Shown here one piece after another: positions 36,901 to 50,286 of a stretch of 64,000 bases of DNA (the stretch's first letter is position 1; each line of letters opens with the position of its first letter). Origin of the DNA: Macrostomum hystrix (Eukaryota > Animalia > Platyhelminthes); assembly GCA_950097015.1 (NCBI GenBank), contig CATNEN010000025.1, positions 8,928,001-8,992,000 on the forward strand, in the 5' to 3' direction. The position numbers and the translations under genes are program-made. The notes beneath the pieces were generated by a model that was not told the DNA's origin, made no database searches, and saw only the letters and a list, made by a program, of their open reading frames with translations.

Positions 36901-39900
36901 CCCCTGAAACTGAGACTAGTCTATGGAAATCTACCCCTGAAACTGAGACTAGTCTATGGAAATCTACCCCTGAAACTGAGACTCGTCTATGGAAATCTAC
37001 CCCTGAAACTGAGACTAGTCTATGGAAATCTACCCCTGAAACTGAGACTCGTCAATGGAAATCTACCCCTGAAACTGAGACTCGTCTATGGAAATCTATC
37101 CCTGAAACTGAGACTAGTCTATGGAAATCTACCCCTTCAAATGAGACTAGTCTATGGAAATCTACCCCTTCAAATGAGACTTTAAATTTTAGATTCACCT
37201 GGAACACGGTGAACACCGGGAAGTACATGTCGATGACTTCGGCTGAAGAGCCGCCGCCACTAGAGACTGTGACGGGTGGCACGGTGGTGTTGGAGGCGGC
37301 GCTGAGCCTCAGTGCGGTCTCAGTGGGATTCACAAACTGCTGGCTAAACAGCTGCAGCAAGAAGTAGCTGTACACTGCTATGATCACCACCTGAAACAGT
37401 TTCAATTCAGTTGTTTTCCAGTTTCTAGTTGTTCTAAAAAAATTAGTATTGATTTTTATTCACCAATTTATTTGAAATTTACTTATATGGTACCATCGTA
37501 CAAGTATGACATTATTTACGTGAAAAAGTACTATATCATTTCTTATGCATTTTTACTATGTATTTTATTTATGCAGTTTTTTATCCTAACTTTTTAAGCC
37601 GATGTAATGGTGGAATAAAAAATGCACTACTTTTTTATTGCTTCATAAATACTTTCTATGACGCAATAAAATCAATGAATTTTTAATATAATCGATTTTT
37701 CCAGATTTTTATTGACATCTTATAAAATTGAACTCAGGTTTTTATTTTAACTGGTATTAAGATCAATACTAAAATTACATTGTTAAACTTACAATGATTA
37801 TTATTTTTTTGTTTTAATAATATCTAATATAATCGTTTTTCTCAGTTCAGTTTTTTTAGATGATGCAGTATTTGCTTTCAGAAAAAAAGTAATTCGTATC
37901 AATTTCCTTTATTCCTACACGAACATTGTATAATTTTGTTCGTTTAAATAAAATAAAATTGAAACAGATTATTCGTTTCAATTGAAACAGATCGTTTTTA
38001 CGGTTTCGTTTTTTAGCTAAAGCAGCGATAAAATTTTTTTTTCTATTGTCTTTATTTTTACTTATTTTCATAAAAATTTAATTAAAATGTTACAGTAGTA
38101 CATCGTAATTACATTCGCTTCATTCTATTTCACTAGATTGTGTTTGCGTTTTAAGTGTTTGAAAGTGCGCAGAGCAAAGGTGCACTCCTCCCTCCTTCCT
38201 CCTTGAGCTTGTGAGTATAAGCTCAAATCGGTAAATGCTAGTAATCAGAAACAGGAATAGAGAGTTACCTGGGTGTACACCAGCGGAATCATCACATCGT
38301 TATAGACAACCAGGGTGTGCATTTGACAACGAATGCGTTCGATCTCTCTCATCAGCATTACCATTGACCTATTAGGAGGTGTTTTTCCGGGATGGAAAAT
38401 ATACTGCAGTCTGCGGTCTACGAGTCTATATTTTTCAATCATGAATTGCAGGAGGGCTGCGGGCAATGACACATCATTTGGTGACACTAGACCTGCAGCC
38501 AGCGAGAAGGCAATTCTGCCCATTCCGCTGACTCCTGAGCACACAATCACAGAGGTGTGAAAATCTGTCAGACTTTATCATCGTCAGGCAGTGTACACTC
38601 TCACTGTGCCTTGGAGTTTGGCCCTCAAAGTCGTCTATCGCAAGCCCCCCAAGTCCTCTCTGCGCCCCAAATTAATGTGATCTCGCTGCGGAACCGAGTT
38701 CATATACCTCGGTGCGAGAGGCATTTGCGTCAACCGCTCTGCCACTCACCCTCTATTCATACCTTATTTTTCGAGTATTTTGCAATTGGGACTTCTCTCA
38801 GATTAATATCCAGTTACTTAAAAATAAAGACCTGCGTTTAAAACAACAAGGTTGACTAACTTTAGGATTAGCAGCTGGTAAGCGGAATGTAACCCAGGAT
38901 AAGGACTGCGATTAGAAAGTGTAATTATCGCCTAGAGCGGAGCAGCTACCTATGGGATAATTATAAACCTTTGGCCTTGCTCAGCAGGTCTGTGAGCATT
39001 GAAGCGTTGCAGCTGCAATGGAAAACTCTAGCTCAGTGTATTGTTTGATGTTTTGCGCATTGAGTATTATTTAGAATGGCTTCACCTATTATAGCGTACC
39101 TTCCAGTACCTTCCAGTACCTTCCAGTACCTTACAGTACCTTCCAGTACCTTACAGTACCTTCCAGTCACGCAATCCAATCTCACCTGGGGTCACAGAAG
39201 CCGTGGATCATGGCCTTCTTACAAAGTAGCGCTCCCCACTGTAGTGGCAGCCAGTACTCGGGCACGTACTTCTTCTGGTACTTGATCTTGTACTCCGCTT
39301 CTGCCCGTGCAAACGCGTCGATTTCGCTTTCCGTCACCAGCTTGCGGAAGTACAACTGCACTCGAGGGCACAGGTTGATGTTCTCCAACAGGGTGCGAAC
39401 TCCATTGTCGTCTCCGGGCTACAAAAGTACAAAAAACGAAAGATTTGTGTACGAAAGAGGAATCTATTATTCTATTCTTTTAATTCTGTAATTGAGTAAC
39501 AATCAATTCGGTATTTTAGTGGCACTGAATTCGGTATTAGAGTGACTCTGAATTCGGTATTAGAGTGACACTAAATTCGGTATTAGAGTGACATTAAAGT
39601 CGGTATTAGAGTGACACTAAATTCGGTATTATAGTGACACTAAATTCGGTATTAGAGTGACACTAAATTCAGTATTAGAGTGACACATGGTTCGGTATTA
39701 GAGTGACTCTAAATTCGGTATTAGAGTGACTCTGAATTCGGTATTAGAGTGACATTAAAGTCGGTATTAGAGTGACACTAAATTCGGTATTATAGTGACA
39801 CTGAATTCTGTATTAGAGTGACACTAAATTCTGTATTGGAGTGACGCTGAATTCTGTATTGGAGTGACTCTGAACTCGGCAATAGAGTGACACATGATTC

Positions 39901-42900
39901 GGTATTAGAGTGACACTAAATTCGGTATTAGAGTGACACTAAATTCGGTATTAGAGTGACACTAAATTCGGTATTAGAGTGACACTAAATTCGGTATTAG
40001 AGTGACACTAAATTCAGTATTAGAGTGACACTAAATTCGGTATTAGAGTGACTCTGAATTCGGTATTAGAGTGACACTAAATTCGGTATTAGAGTGACAC
40101 TAAATTCAGTATTAGAGTGACACTAAATTCGGTATTAGAGTGACTCTGAATTCGGTATTAGAGTGACACTAAATTCGGTATTAGAGTGACATTAAAGTCG
40201 GTATTAGAGTGACACTAAATTCGGTATTATAGTGACACTAAATTCGGTATTAGAGTGACACTAAATTCAGTATTAGAGTGACACATGGTTCGGTATTAGA
40301 GTGACTCTAAATTCGGTATTAGAGTGACTCTGAATTCGGTATTAGAGTGACATTAAAGTCGGTATTAGAGTGACACTAAATTCGGTATTATAGTGACACT
40401 GAATTCTGTATTAGAGTGACACATGATTCGGCATTAGAGTGACACTAAATTCTGTATTGGAGTGACGCTGAATTCTGTATTGGAGTGACTCTGAACTCGG
40501 CAATAGAGTGACACATGATTCGGTATTAGAGTGACACTAAATTCGGTATTAGAGTGACACTAAATTCGGTATTAGAGTGACACTAAATTCGGTATTAGAG
40601 TGACTCTGAATTCGGTATTAGAGTGACACTGAATTCGGTATTAGAGTCACAGGATTCGGTATTAGAGTGACACTGAATTCGGTATTAGAGTGACACTGAA
40701 TTCGGTATTAGAGTCACAGGATTCGGTATTAGAGTGACACTAAATTCGGTATTAGAGTCACAGGATTCGGTATTAGAGTGACACTGAATTCGGTATTAGA
40801 GTGACACTGAATTCGGTATTAGAGTGACACTGAATTCGGTATTAGAGTCACAGGATTCGGTATTAGAGTGACACTGAATTCGGTATTAGAGTGACACTGA
40901 ATTCGGTATTAGAGTCACAGGATTCGGTATTAGAGTGACACTAAATTCGGTATTAGAGTGACACTAAATTCAGTATTAGAGTGACACTAAATTCGGTATT
41001 AGAGTGACACTAAATTCAGTATTAGAGTGACATTAAATTCAGTATTAGAGTGACACTAAATTCGGTATTAGAGTGACACTAAATTCGGTATTAGAGTGAC
41101 ACTAAATTCGGTATTAGAGTGACACTAAATTCGGTATTAGAGTGACACTAAATTCAGTATTAGAGTGACATTAAATTCAGTATTAGAGTGACACTAAATT
41201 CGGTATTAGAGTGACACTAAATTCGGTATTAGAGTGACACTAAATTCGGTATTAGAGTGACACTAAATTCGGTATTAGAGTGACACTAAATTCAGTATTA
41301 GAGTGACTCTGAATTCGGTATTAGAGTGACACTAAATTCGGTATTAGAGTGACACTAAATTCGGTATTAGAGTGACACTAAATTCGGTATTAGAGTGACA
41401 CTAAATTCAGTATTAGAGTGACATTAAATTCAGTATTAGAGTGACATTAAATTCAGTATTAGAGTGACACTAAATTCAGTATTAGAGTGACATTAAATTC
41501 AGTATTAGAGTCACATTAAATTCAGAATTAGAAGACATGCAAATATTTTATTTCGGTATTAAAAGTTAGAGCGGGCAATAAACTTTGAGAATGGTTCCGG
41601 GATTAGACAGTTACAAGTTCACACCTTATCTGTTATCCTGTGGTAATTAAAAGACTCATCTGTTAGTGTTACTCATCATCAGCTACCTTACTAGCCGCAG
41701 CCCTGAGTTCTGCTGACAGTTGGTTCATACCGACCAGTCGGCTAAACAAGTAACGCAGCCTTGTTTGACCGTTCTGCGGCTGCTTTTCAACGGAAAGATG
41801 AAAATCGAAGATGTAAAGTACATTTGACTGGTCTTTGAGAACGAATCTCCTTCTGTTCTCGTGTTAATTGAATTTATTAAGCTAACAGATTTCTCTATTT
41901 TGATTCGTATTAATTAGATTTGTTTCTTTTATTGCCGGAATCTGAAGCGATGAGTTTTGAGTGAAATAGAAAGGGAAAATGTTGAGATGGTAGAATGGCA
42001 AAAGGGGGAAGTTTCTAAAAATAGAAAGGGAGAAAGTGTGATTGCAGTGGGTAGATTTACATTAAGCCTTTTAATTAATGTAGGCTCCATCTATAGTCAT
42101 TATTTCTAGATCCACAATATAATGCTCAACAATAGAGGCATTATAGTAACACAGAGCACTGCACAATGGACTAAATCTGGCAAAGCGATCTCAAAACGAG
42201 CTCAGAATGCAAGTGCTGGAATCCGGGTGCCTAGTTACCGTTTAACTATACTCAACCTGCAAGCACGCTTTGATTGGGGGGGGATAATCAACAGGTATGG
42301 GCGCCGGGATCTCATCTGCCTGGCTTCTGCATGACTACCAATTAGCTTTAGCGTCGGATTCGATCTGTTAGTGGCGACATGGCATTGACTGAGAACACTG
42401 AGACAGCTGGGAGATTGGGATTAGAGACACTGGATAGAGATTAGAGACACTAGATAGAGATTAGAGACACTGGATAGAGATTAGAGACACTAGATAGAGA
42501 TTAGAGACACTAGATAGAGATTAGAGACACTGGATAGAGATTAGAGACACTGGAAAGAGATTAGAGACACTGGATAGAGATTAGAGACACTAGATAGAGA
42601 TTAGAGACACTGGATAGAGATTAGAGACACTGGATAGAGATTAGAGACACTGGATAGAGATTAGAGACACTGGATAGAGATTAGAGACGGATAGAGATTA
42701 GAGACACTGGATAGAGATTAGAGACACTGGATAGAGATTAGAGACACTGGATAGAGATTAGAGACGGTGGATTGGAGTCTAGACTCACTTTGTCGTCCTC
42801 CGGGCTGGAAAAGCGGTGTATGATCTTCTCAGAGATGGAGTGCATTAGCAGTATCCAGCCCAGATTCATGTACCGCATTAGGCTGCATCGGATCTGCCTG

Positions 42901-43718
42901 GCAACCTCGAAGGTCTCCTTGGTTCCAGTGATGACGCCGTAGCAACAGAATGAGATTCTGTTTAGCCAGGGGATGTTGAGGTACATCTCCCACCAGCGGC
43001 CAATCACACCTGTGGGTGGTTGCGAGTTGTTAATAGGAAAGCGTTTGTTCAAATATTTGATATATTTTAGGCAAATTTTGATGTCGTCTTTTGTCGGGTT
43101 TGTTTTGCGTTGCTCAAATTCTTTGCTTGCCAGTCAGATGAGAAGGCCATGTTTTGCACAGCTTTGTGATAAGTCCTTTATAAATAGAGTTTCCATTGTT
43201 TAACATTTCCGCTCTAGTCTTATCTGCATTGCTGGAATTTCGAAAAAAAGCTCATTGTTTTAGCTTTTTACAGCTTTCAGAAGCCCAGATAATTGTAAAA
43301 GAAAATTGTAACTGGGCGTGCTCTTTGTTGTTCATTGTGCAGCTCCCATTATTGATTTTCTCCACTATTAACCTCTTCAATGACCTCCATTATGACCCCC
43401 ACCGTGACCTCCACTATGACCTCCATTATGACCTCCACAGTTTCGGCTGCACTCACCGGCCACAAAGAAGCCGAGAATGAAAGACAATGGAATGTTTTTG
43501 TCCATCTCGTTGCAGAATTTGACAACCAGTTCGAAGCTTTGCCGATCCTGCGGGCTCATGAATGCCCTGTAGCTGATGTTGAACACATAGTAGATGACCA
43601 GGTAGGCTATGAGGTCGGTGTACACCAGCTTGTACAGGCTGCCCTTCCACAGCAGCAGGATCTTGATGAACACCCCGCCTTGGCTGCTGGAGATAGTGTC
43701 GCTGTAGGAGACCGTCAT
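33939..43718 (-). CDS. BEST: Bestrophin-family anion channel, paralog A (7 exons, about 476 aa)
   Basis: Phase-compatible exons 43457-43718, 42789-43009, 39186-39418, 38269-38368, 37199-37390, 34789-34896, 33939-34253; motifs [41 protein letters not shown]. Confidence 0.92.
35063..37180. repeat. 33-bp intronic minisatellite (bestrophin A)
   Basis: Unit GGAAATCTACCCCTGAAACTGAGACTAGTCTAT. Confidence 0.95.
38440..38751 (-). mobile_element. tRNA-derived SINE, family 2
   Basis: Minus strand GGGTGAGTGGCAGAGCGGTTGACGC head, CACAGTGAGAGTGTACACTGCCTGACGATG middle, GGGCAGAATTGCC..GCTGCAGGTCTAG 3' part; homologous to three other loci. Confidence 0.75.
39515..41528. repeat. 23-bp intronic minisatellite (bestrophin A)
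   Basis: Unit TAAATTCGGTATTAGAGTGACAC. Confidence 0.95.
42412..42766. repeat. 20-bp intronic minisatellite (bestrophin A)
   Basis: Unit GATTAGAGACACTGGATAGA. Confidence 0.95.
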
Positions 43719-44604
43719 GACAGCCGCTGGTCAGCGAAGGGGAGTCAGCTCAGCCTAGCTACTCTATGATTTCTTAGAGACTCCTGCTCAGTGAGTGGCA
43801 GCTCGAGGCCTAGCTCTAGTCTGTGTAGCCTGCTCGGAGAACGGAAAGCTTTCTCTGCTCCGCTGTGCTTTGCAATCTCTTCTTTCGCTCTTTCTTTTTC
43901 TTTCCTACTTAGTTAGTAGAACGCGCATGAGCACACAATTGCTTAGAGCACACTTTCTGAGCTCTGTGCTCACTCTGGCACACATACTCACTCTGGATAC
44001 TGCTCATTCTCTCTCTCTCTCTTTTTCAGCAGTCTGAACTCCTATTCCAAGCCTATGTGAGCAGCGAGACCCCCCGCCTCGAACTTTAGACTCAAAATGC
44101 GGCCCTTGCTCACCCACCACCCTCCACAGCTCAGCGGGAGTGAGGCGGCGGGAGGTTGGCGCAAGGCTTCGCAGCCAATGAAAGCGTTGCTAAGCTAATT
44201 GGGACGCCATCAAAGGATTTCCTAGTCAGTGCTCTCCCTATTTCTGTCCAAGCCTACCTCTCGTCACTACTTTTCCCCATACTAAGTCTTATAACTAGTT
44301 TTTTATTTTTAAGGCCTGCCTCTTTTAAGGTAAAAAGTTATTGAACCAGAACCTGATTTCCGTTACCTGAAAAAATCCAATTATCAATTTTTGGCTTGAC
44401 TAGTGCAGCTGATTACTAGTGGAATGCTTGTAGACTGACTCACAATCTCTGAGTATATCCCAGAGAATATACTCAGGGATGCTACCCATCCACTGAGCTG
44501 CACTGTACTCACAAACTCTGCTCAACAGAACCCGCTCAGCGCTTGGGGTTGGAAACACTTTAGGGTGGGTCCTAATTCCTAATTGGGTCCTAATTAAGGA
44601 TTGA

Positions 44605-44636
<32 letters not shown>

Positions 44637-45022
44637 AACAACCCTATAGACCACGGGTGGTGTCACTAAAATAGAGACTAGCTGACTAGGGGACAGCATG
44701 AGTGACTGAGTAGCTAGAGAGGGTTTTAGAGTACAGGCAGTACAGTTTGGGTATGCAATGAAGAAAGTTTAAATGCCAAATTCTGCAGACAATGTCAATG
44801 CAGCACAGCTGAAAAAATACTTCAATAATGCGCATTTGACTAGCCCGGGACTACACAGGGTCTGTGCTCCAGTCCGTGTGCTCAGCGCTTGTAGCCTGTC
44901 TGACGCTGACATGGCTAGTTGACTTACCTACGTGCCTGTTAAACAGCATCATTGACTTTACTGGGCATTATTGCACGACTGCCTTATTATACTAAGTTGA
45001 GCACATTACTTGACTAAGTTGA

Positions 45023-45300
45023 GGGGGCTGAATGGCAGAGCGGTTAACGCGTCCCACTCTCGTACCAATGTCCCTGAGCTCGACCTCCGAGACACAGTGA
45101 AAGTGTACACTGCCTGATGATGATAAGGTCAGGCCAGATGTACACACCTGTGTGAGCGTGTGCCTGCGTACAGTATCTGTGTGCGTGTGTGCTCAGGAGT
45201 CAGCGAAATGGGCAGAATTGTCTCCTCGTTGGCTGCGGGTCTAGTGTCACCAAAGTATGTACCATTTCCCACAGCCATCCTGCAATTATTATTATACTCA
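45023..45300 (+). mobile_element. tRNA-derived SINE, family 2
   Basis: A box TGGCAGAGCGG, degenerate B box, shared middle and 3' blocks, (ATT)n tail. Confidence 0.75.
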
Positions 45301-45593
45301 GTAAAACACATAATCAGTTGAGCACATAATCAACTATGATTGAAAATCTGTTGATGTACTTAAAGTACATCTCCAAAACAAAGCCTTTTCGATTTGATTT
45401 GCGTTCTGCCTTTATTTTTTAGTAAAACAATCGATAATTTAGCATTCGCGCTGCACGAAATTGGTCTGATATACTACTTAAAGTAGCCTAGAATTATAGA
45501 TACGCTTTTTTTCAATATAGCCCTGTCCCTCGTTGCATCTCCGAACAGGTAGGTTGAGTTCCCCATGAGTGCCAATGCTGAGCTTCTTTTACT

Positions 45594-48500
45594 CTAGCAT
45601 TGGCTGGACCGGCTAATTGTTAGTGATTTGCCTGAGTCGATGCTCAAATCGCGAGCGCAATAGAGGGATCTGGAATTTGAGAATACAGACTGGTTCTGCT
45701 CTGACCTGATCATTGTTCAGTCTCACTGAGCATCTCACTTGGTGAAATATCCGAATCTACAGGGATAAGGAAATTTTCCCAAATGCTCACCTCTTTTCAG
45801 TCAGGACCTCAAAAATTTCCATCCGATTGATGTGCAGCCTTTGGGTGAGGATCGCCAGCAGCCAGCGGTGCTTCCAGGAGACAACGATCCTCGCCAGGTT
45901 GAACACGCGTTCAGAGTTGGTGACGAGTACGGTGCGCAGCTCACCGGGCTCCATGTACTCCTTGTTGATGATCGTCAGCTCGGAACTGCGCACGCCGGAT
46001 TCGCTCTCCAGCGTCAGGAAGAGGTCACCGTACTGCCTCTTGGCGTCCGCGACTCCAGAGATGGTCACGGAGATCACGTAGTGGTGGACTGGAGTGCAAG
46101 ATGTGGGATCTGAGATGTGGGATCTGAGATGTGGGATCTGAGATGTGGGATCTGAGATGTGGGATCTGAGATGTGGGATCTGAGATGTGGGATCTGAGAT
46201 GTGGGATCTGAGATGTGGGATCTGAGATGTGGGATCTGAGATGTGGGATCTGAGATGTGGGATCTGAGATGTGGGATCTGAGATGTGGGATCTGAGATGT
46301 GGGATCTGAGATGTGGGATCTGAGATGTGGGATCTGAGATGTGGGATCTGAGATGTGGGATCTGAGATGTGGGATCTGAGATGTGGGATCTGAGATGTGG
46401 GATCTGAGATGTGGGATCTGAGATGTGGGATCTGAGATGTGGGATCTGAGATGTGGGATCTGAGATGTGGGATCTGAGATGTGGGATCTGAGATGTGGGA
46501 TCTGAGATGTGGGATCTGAGATGTGGGATCTGAGATGTGGGATCTGAGATGTGGGATCTGAGATGTGGGATCTGAGATGTGGGATCTGAGATGTGGGATC
46601 TGAGATGTGGGATCTGAGACTGTCAACTGTCACGGCAGTCCGCGCACCTTCGAACGGCTCGGCGCCGGTGGTGTCCAGGAACATTCGCACCCCGCTCGCT
46701 CCGGCAGGTGGTCGCCACTCATCCGCCCGAATGCCCATGAAGGCGCAGCCGCTGGAGCCGCATCGGTCGCACCGGCCAGCTTTGAAGTCTTCGTAGGATG
46801 AGCAGGGGACAGCCTTGAAGTCACCCTGCTGATGAAGGATGGTGCTGGTCATTAGGGGCAGAACCCGAAGGTGGTCGCAGGCTACGGCCCACTTCGTGCC
46901 CTCAACAATGCCGTTGATGATGATGCTGATGATCGGGTTTTGCTTGCAGTCTGTCTGCTTCTTGCCACCGTTAGGATAAAAGTCCACGTGACCAGCCGGC
47001 TCCATCATGCCGAAGCCGCCCTCCAGCTTCACGCTGCTCAGCAGGCTGTCACCGTCGGTGTGGATGGCGTCAACAAAGTTCGCGTCCGTTGGATCGAGGC
47101 GGACCTATCCAGGCAGGTGCAAACGGGGGGATGAACAACCTGCAACTGTGCGTGTGCAAGCTGCAACTGTGCGTGTGCAAGCTGCAACTGTGCGTGTGCA
47201 AGCTGCAACTGTGCGTGTGCAAGCTGCAACTGTGCGTGTGCAATCTGCAACTGTGCGTGTGCAAGCTGCAACTGTGCGTGTGCAAGCTGCAACTGTGCGT
47301 GTGCAAGCTGTAACTGTGCGTGTGCAATCTGCAACTGTGCGTGTGCAAGCTGCAACTGTGCGTGTGCAAGCTGCAACTGTGCTGCAACTTTCTCATCTGG
47401 CATCAAACCTCCCTCACCTCCGGATGCGTGCCCTCAAAGAAGGGCCCGGCCGGGTCGAGCCCGGTGATTCTGGCGAGACCTGGCAGCCGCTCGCCTGCGT
47501 AGCCCGAGATATGCGCGCCCAGGCTGTGTCCGAGCAGGTGGAACCGCGATCTGGTGGCGCCGAACTCCGTCTCCAGCCAGCCAATCAGCTGCGCCAGCAG
47601 GGCGCCAATCACCCGGGTGTTGGCCGTTGCCTGCGTGTAGGGCAGCTGGTTGCCGCGGCTCCAGTCCAACTGGATCACATTGTAGTCTCCGTGCACTAGA
47701 AGCGCCTTCTTCATGTCGCTCATCCAGGTCACCTGGCCATTCTCCAGGAAGCCGTGGGTGATGATCTTGGGGGTGGAGTGGGGATAACTGTCAGGAGATT
47801 TTTAAATGATGACTTTCGAATCCTGAGAAACTTTGGGATCTGAGTATGTTTGGGATCTGAGTATCTTTGAGATCTGAGGATCTTTGGGATCTGAGGATCA
47901 TTGGGATCTGAGGATCATTGGGATCTGAGGATCATTGGGATCTGAGGATCTTTGGGATCTAGAATTCGGGATCTGAGGATCTTTGGGACCTGAGGGTCCT
48001 TGGGATCTGAGGATCTTTGGGATCTAGAATTCGGGATCTGAGGATCTTTGGGATCTGAGGATCCTTGGGATCTGAGGATCTTTGGGATCTGAGGATCTTT
48101 GGGATCTGAGGATCCTTGGAATAAGAGGATCTTTGGGATCTGAGTATCTTTGGGATCTGAGGATCCTTGGAATAAGAGGATCTTAGGGATCTGAGGATCT
48201 TTGGGATCTGAGGATCCTTGGAATAAGAGGATCTTTGGGATCTGAGTATCTTTGGGATCTGAGGATCCTTGGAATAAGAGGATCCCTGGGATCTGAGGAT
48301 CTTTGGGATCTGAGGATCCTTGGGATCTGAGGATCCTTGGGATCTGAGGATCCTTGGGATCTGAGGATCCTTGGGATCTGAGGATCCTTGGGATCTGAGG
48401 ATCTTTGGGATCTAGAATTCGTGATCTACCTTGGTAGGCAGGTTGGCATTAAAGTATGAGCGCTCGACGCTAGACTTGTCGCCATAGACAATGGCCTGGC

Positions 48501-48884
48501 CATCTACAATATTACGCCTTGTGTACAGCGCGTAGGTTGACTGGATTCGCTCAGGACTCTGTGGCAGCAGCTGCAGAGGCCTTCGCAGCAGGTCATAAAA
48601 ATTGCCACCGGTGCTGAAGCAGCCGAGACTGCCGTAGCAGACTTTCATGGGTATCAGCACGGCTGAGGATTGCAGTGAATGGGAAGCTTCAAGAATAGTT
48701 GTTTAACGAACGAGTTGGAAAATGATCAGATTTTCGAGTTTGGTTGCTAGTTAGATGGCTAATCCACTGAGTAAATATGAATCTCACGTTCATTTCTCGC
48801 TGCCTTGTCACCGCTTGAAGTCCGCGCTTCGAAAGCAATGAGGACAATCGCTAGAGTTACAATTATACCATAGGCGGTTGTCAT
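45594..48884 (-). CDS. Secreted pancreatic-lipase-related protein with PLAT domain (6 exons, about 514 aa)
   Basis: Exons 48788-48884 (signal peptide), 48430-48662 (VCYGSLGCF), 47418-47765 (HGF, GHSLG, TGLDPAGP), 46648-47104 (DAIHTD, GHVDFYPNGG, CDH), 45791-46088 and 45594-45705 (PLAT, ending SQC*); Ser-Asp-His triad intact. Confidence 0.93.
46099..46618. repeat. 14-bp minisatellite filling lipase intron 4
   Basis: Unit GATGTGGGATCTGA, essentially perfect. Confidence 0.95.
47140..47385. repeat. 21-bp minisatellite filling lipase intron 3
   Basis: Unit CTGCAACTGTGCGTGTGCAAG. Confidence 0.95.
47834..48418. repeat. 17-bp minisatellite in lipase intron 2
   Basis: Unit GGGATCTGAGGATCCTT with variants. 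Confidence 0.95.
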
Positions 48885-49194
48885 GCTGTTGCTAAGGCCG
48901 CAAGGTGTGAAACGGAGGACGCAGTTGTAATTAGGAATTCTGCCGGGGTGTCTGTGTAGTTTTATCCCACACCCATTTTGCGCCACACATATTAACTAAA
49001 TCTGTCTAAAAGTCACCTGTACGATTTCCCAGACTAACAACTGATTACAGGAGACAGGGGGCAATAAATTAGGCGCAAATTGTGCTCAAAAACTGTTGTT
49101 GTTCACATGGCGATTTCGACTGCTTTGAGGCGACTATGCACTTCTCATTTATCGATTTGCTCCGGATTCAGATTACCTTCCATTCTCTCCACTC

Positions 49195-49392
49195 TAGACA
49201 CACTCACACAGGTGTGTACATCTGCCCTGACTTTCTCATCGTCAGTCAGTGTACACTCTCACTGGGCCTTTGAGTTTGGCCCTCAAGGGCGTAAATTGCA
49301 CGACAAGCCCCCAAGCCTTCTCTATGCGGCTGCGCCCTAAATGAATGTGGCCTCGCCGCGGAATCGAACACAGGGAACTTGGTGCGAGACGC
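49195..49392 (-). mobile_element. Partial SINE, family 2
   Basis: Homology to the 38440-38751 and 59147-59450 copies. Confidence 0.65.
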
Positions 49393-49429
49393 TGACGTGA
49401 TATCTCTTCTCTACTCTCTTGTGTTTAAT

Positions 49430-50040
49430 CTCCACCCACTCGTGTCTCATCTCTACACTCTAATGTCTCATCTCTGCCCTCTCGTGTCTCATCTCTGCCC
49501 TCTCGTGTCTCATCTCTACCGTCTCGTGTCTCATCTCTGCCCTCTCGTGTCTCATCTCTGCCCTCTCGTGTCTCATCTCTACCGTCTCGTGTCTCATCTC
49601 TGCCCTCTCGTGTCTCATCTCTACCGTCTCGTGTCTCATCTCTACCGTCTCGTGTCTCATCTCTACCGTCTCGTGTCTCATCTCTACCGTCTCGTGTCTC
49701 ATCTCTATCCTTTAATGTCTCATCTCTACCGTCTCATGTCTCATCTCTACCGTCTCGTGTCTCATCTCTACCCTCTCGTGTCTCATCTCTACCGTCTCGT
49801 GTCTCATCTCTACCCTCTAAAGTCTCATCTCTGCCCTCTCGTGGCTCATCTCTACCCTCTAAAGTCTCATCTCTACCCTCTAAAGTCTCATCTCTGCCCT
49901 CTCGTGGCTCATCTCTACCCTCTAAAGTCTCATCTCTGCCCTCTCGTGTCTCATCTCTACCCTCTAAAGTCTCATCTGTGCCCTCTCGTGGCTCATCTCT
50001 ACCCTCTAACGTCTCATCTCTGCCCTCTCTTGTCTCATCT
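49430..50040. repeat. 21-bp minisatellite between the lipase and bestrophin B starts
   Basis: Unit TCTCGTGTCTCATCTCTACCG. Confidence 0.95.
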
Positions 50041-50286
50041 CCTAAATAAATACAGGAGGTTCTCTAATTAGAAAGGTACACTGAATTGGTATGTGACCAT
50101 TGCACACGAACACTTATCATTGGCCAGAAGCCGCGAGTTAAATCCTGGCCAATAGAATGATTTCGTTGTCCTGGAAGACTTAGATAAAGCAAGTGAAAGT
50201 GCAAATTCACACCTCCTGGCCAATTCAAACCGCAGTTAATTAGTCAGCGAGTATTTCACTTGACAGTTGGCCAGATATAGACTGAA

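Noticed and set aside
34976-37367. Long repetitive ORFs ([11 protein letters not shown] etc.), and similar ones at 45787-47032 (repeat part), 49379, 51117, 53678, 54562, 57487, 59782 and 62741
   Set aside because: They are intronic or intergenic minisatellites read in stop-free frames, and most lie between well-defined exons of other genes.
39515-41528. Regular 23-bp array superficially CRISPR-like
   Set aside because: Units are contiguous with no unique spacers, no cas genes are present, and the context is a eukaryotic intron.
42150-42400. Additional bestrophin A exon
   Set aside because: The phase-0 acceptors I tested hit stops, and the flanking exons already join in phase.
44400-44699. 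Poly-Ala ORF
   Set aside because: A (GCT)n microsatellite in otherwise non-coding-looking sequence upstream of bestrophin A.
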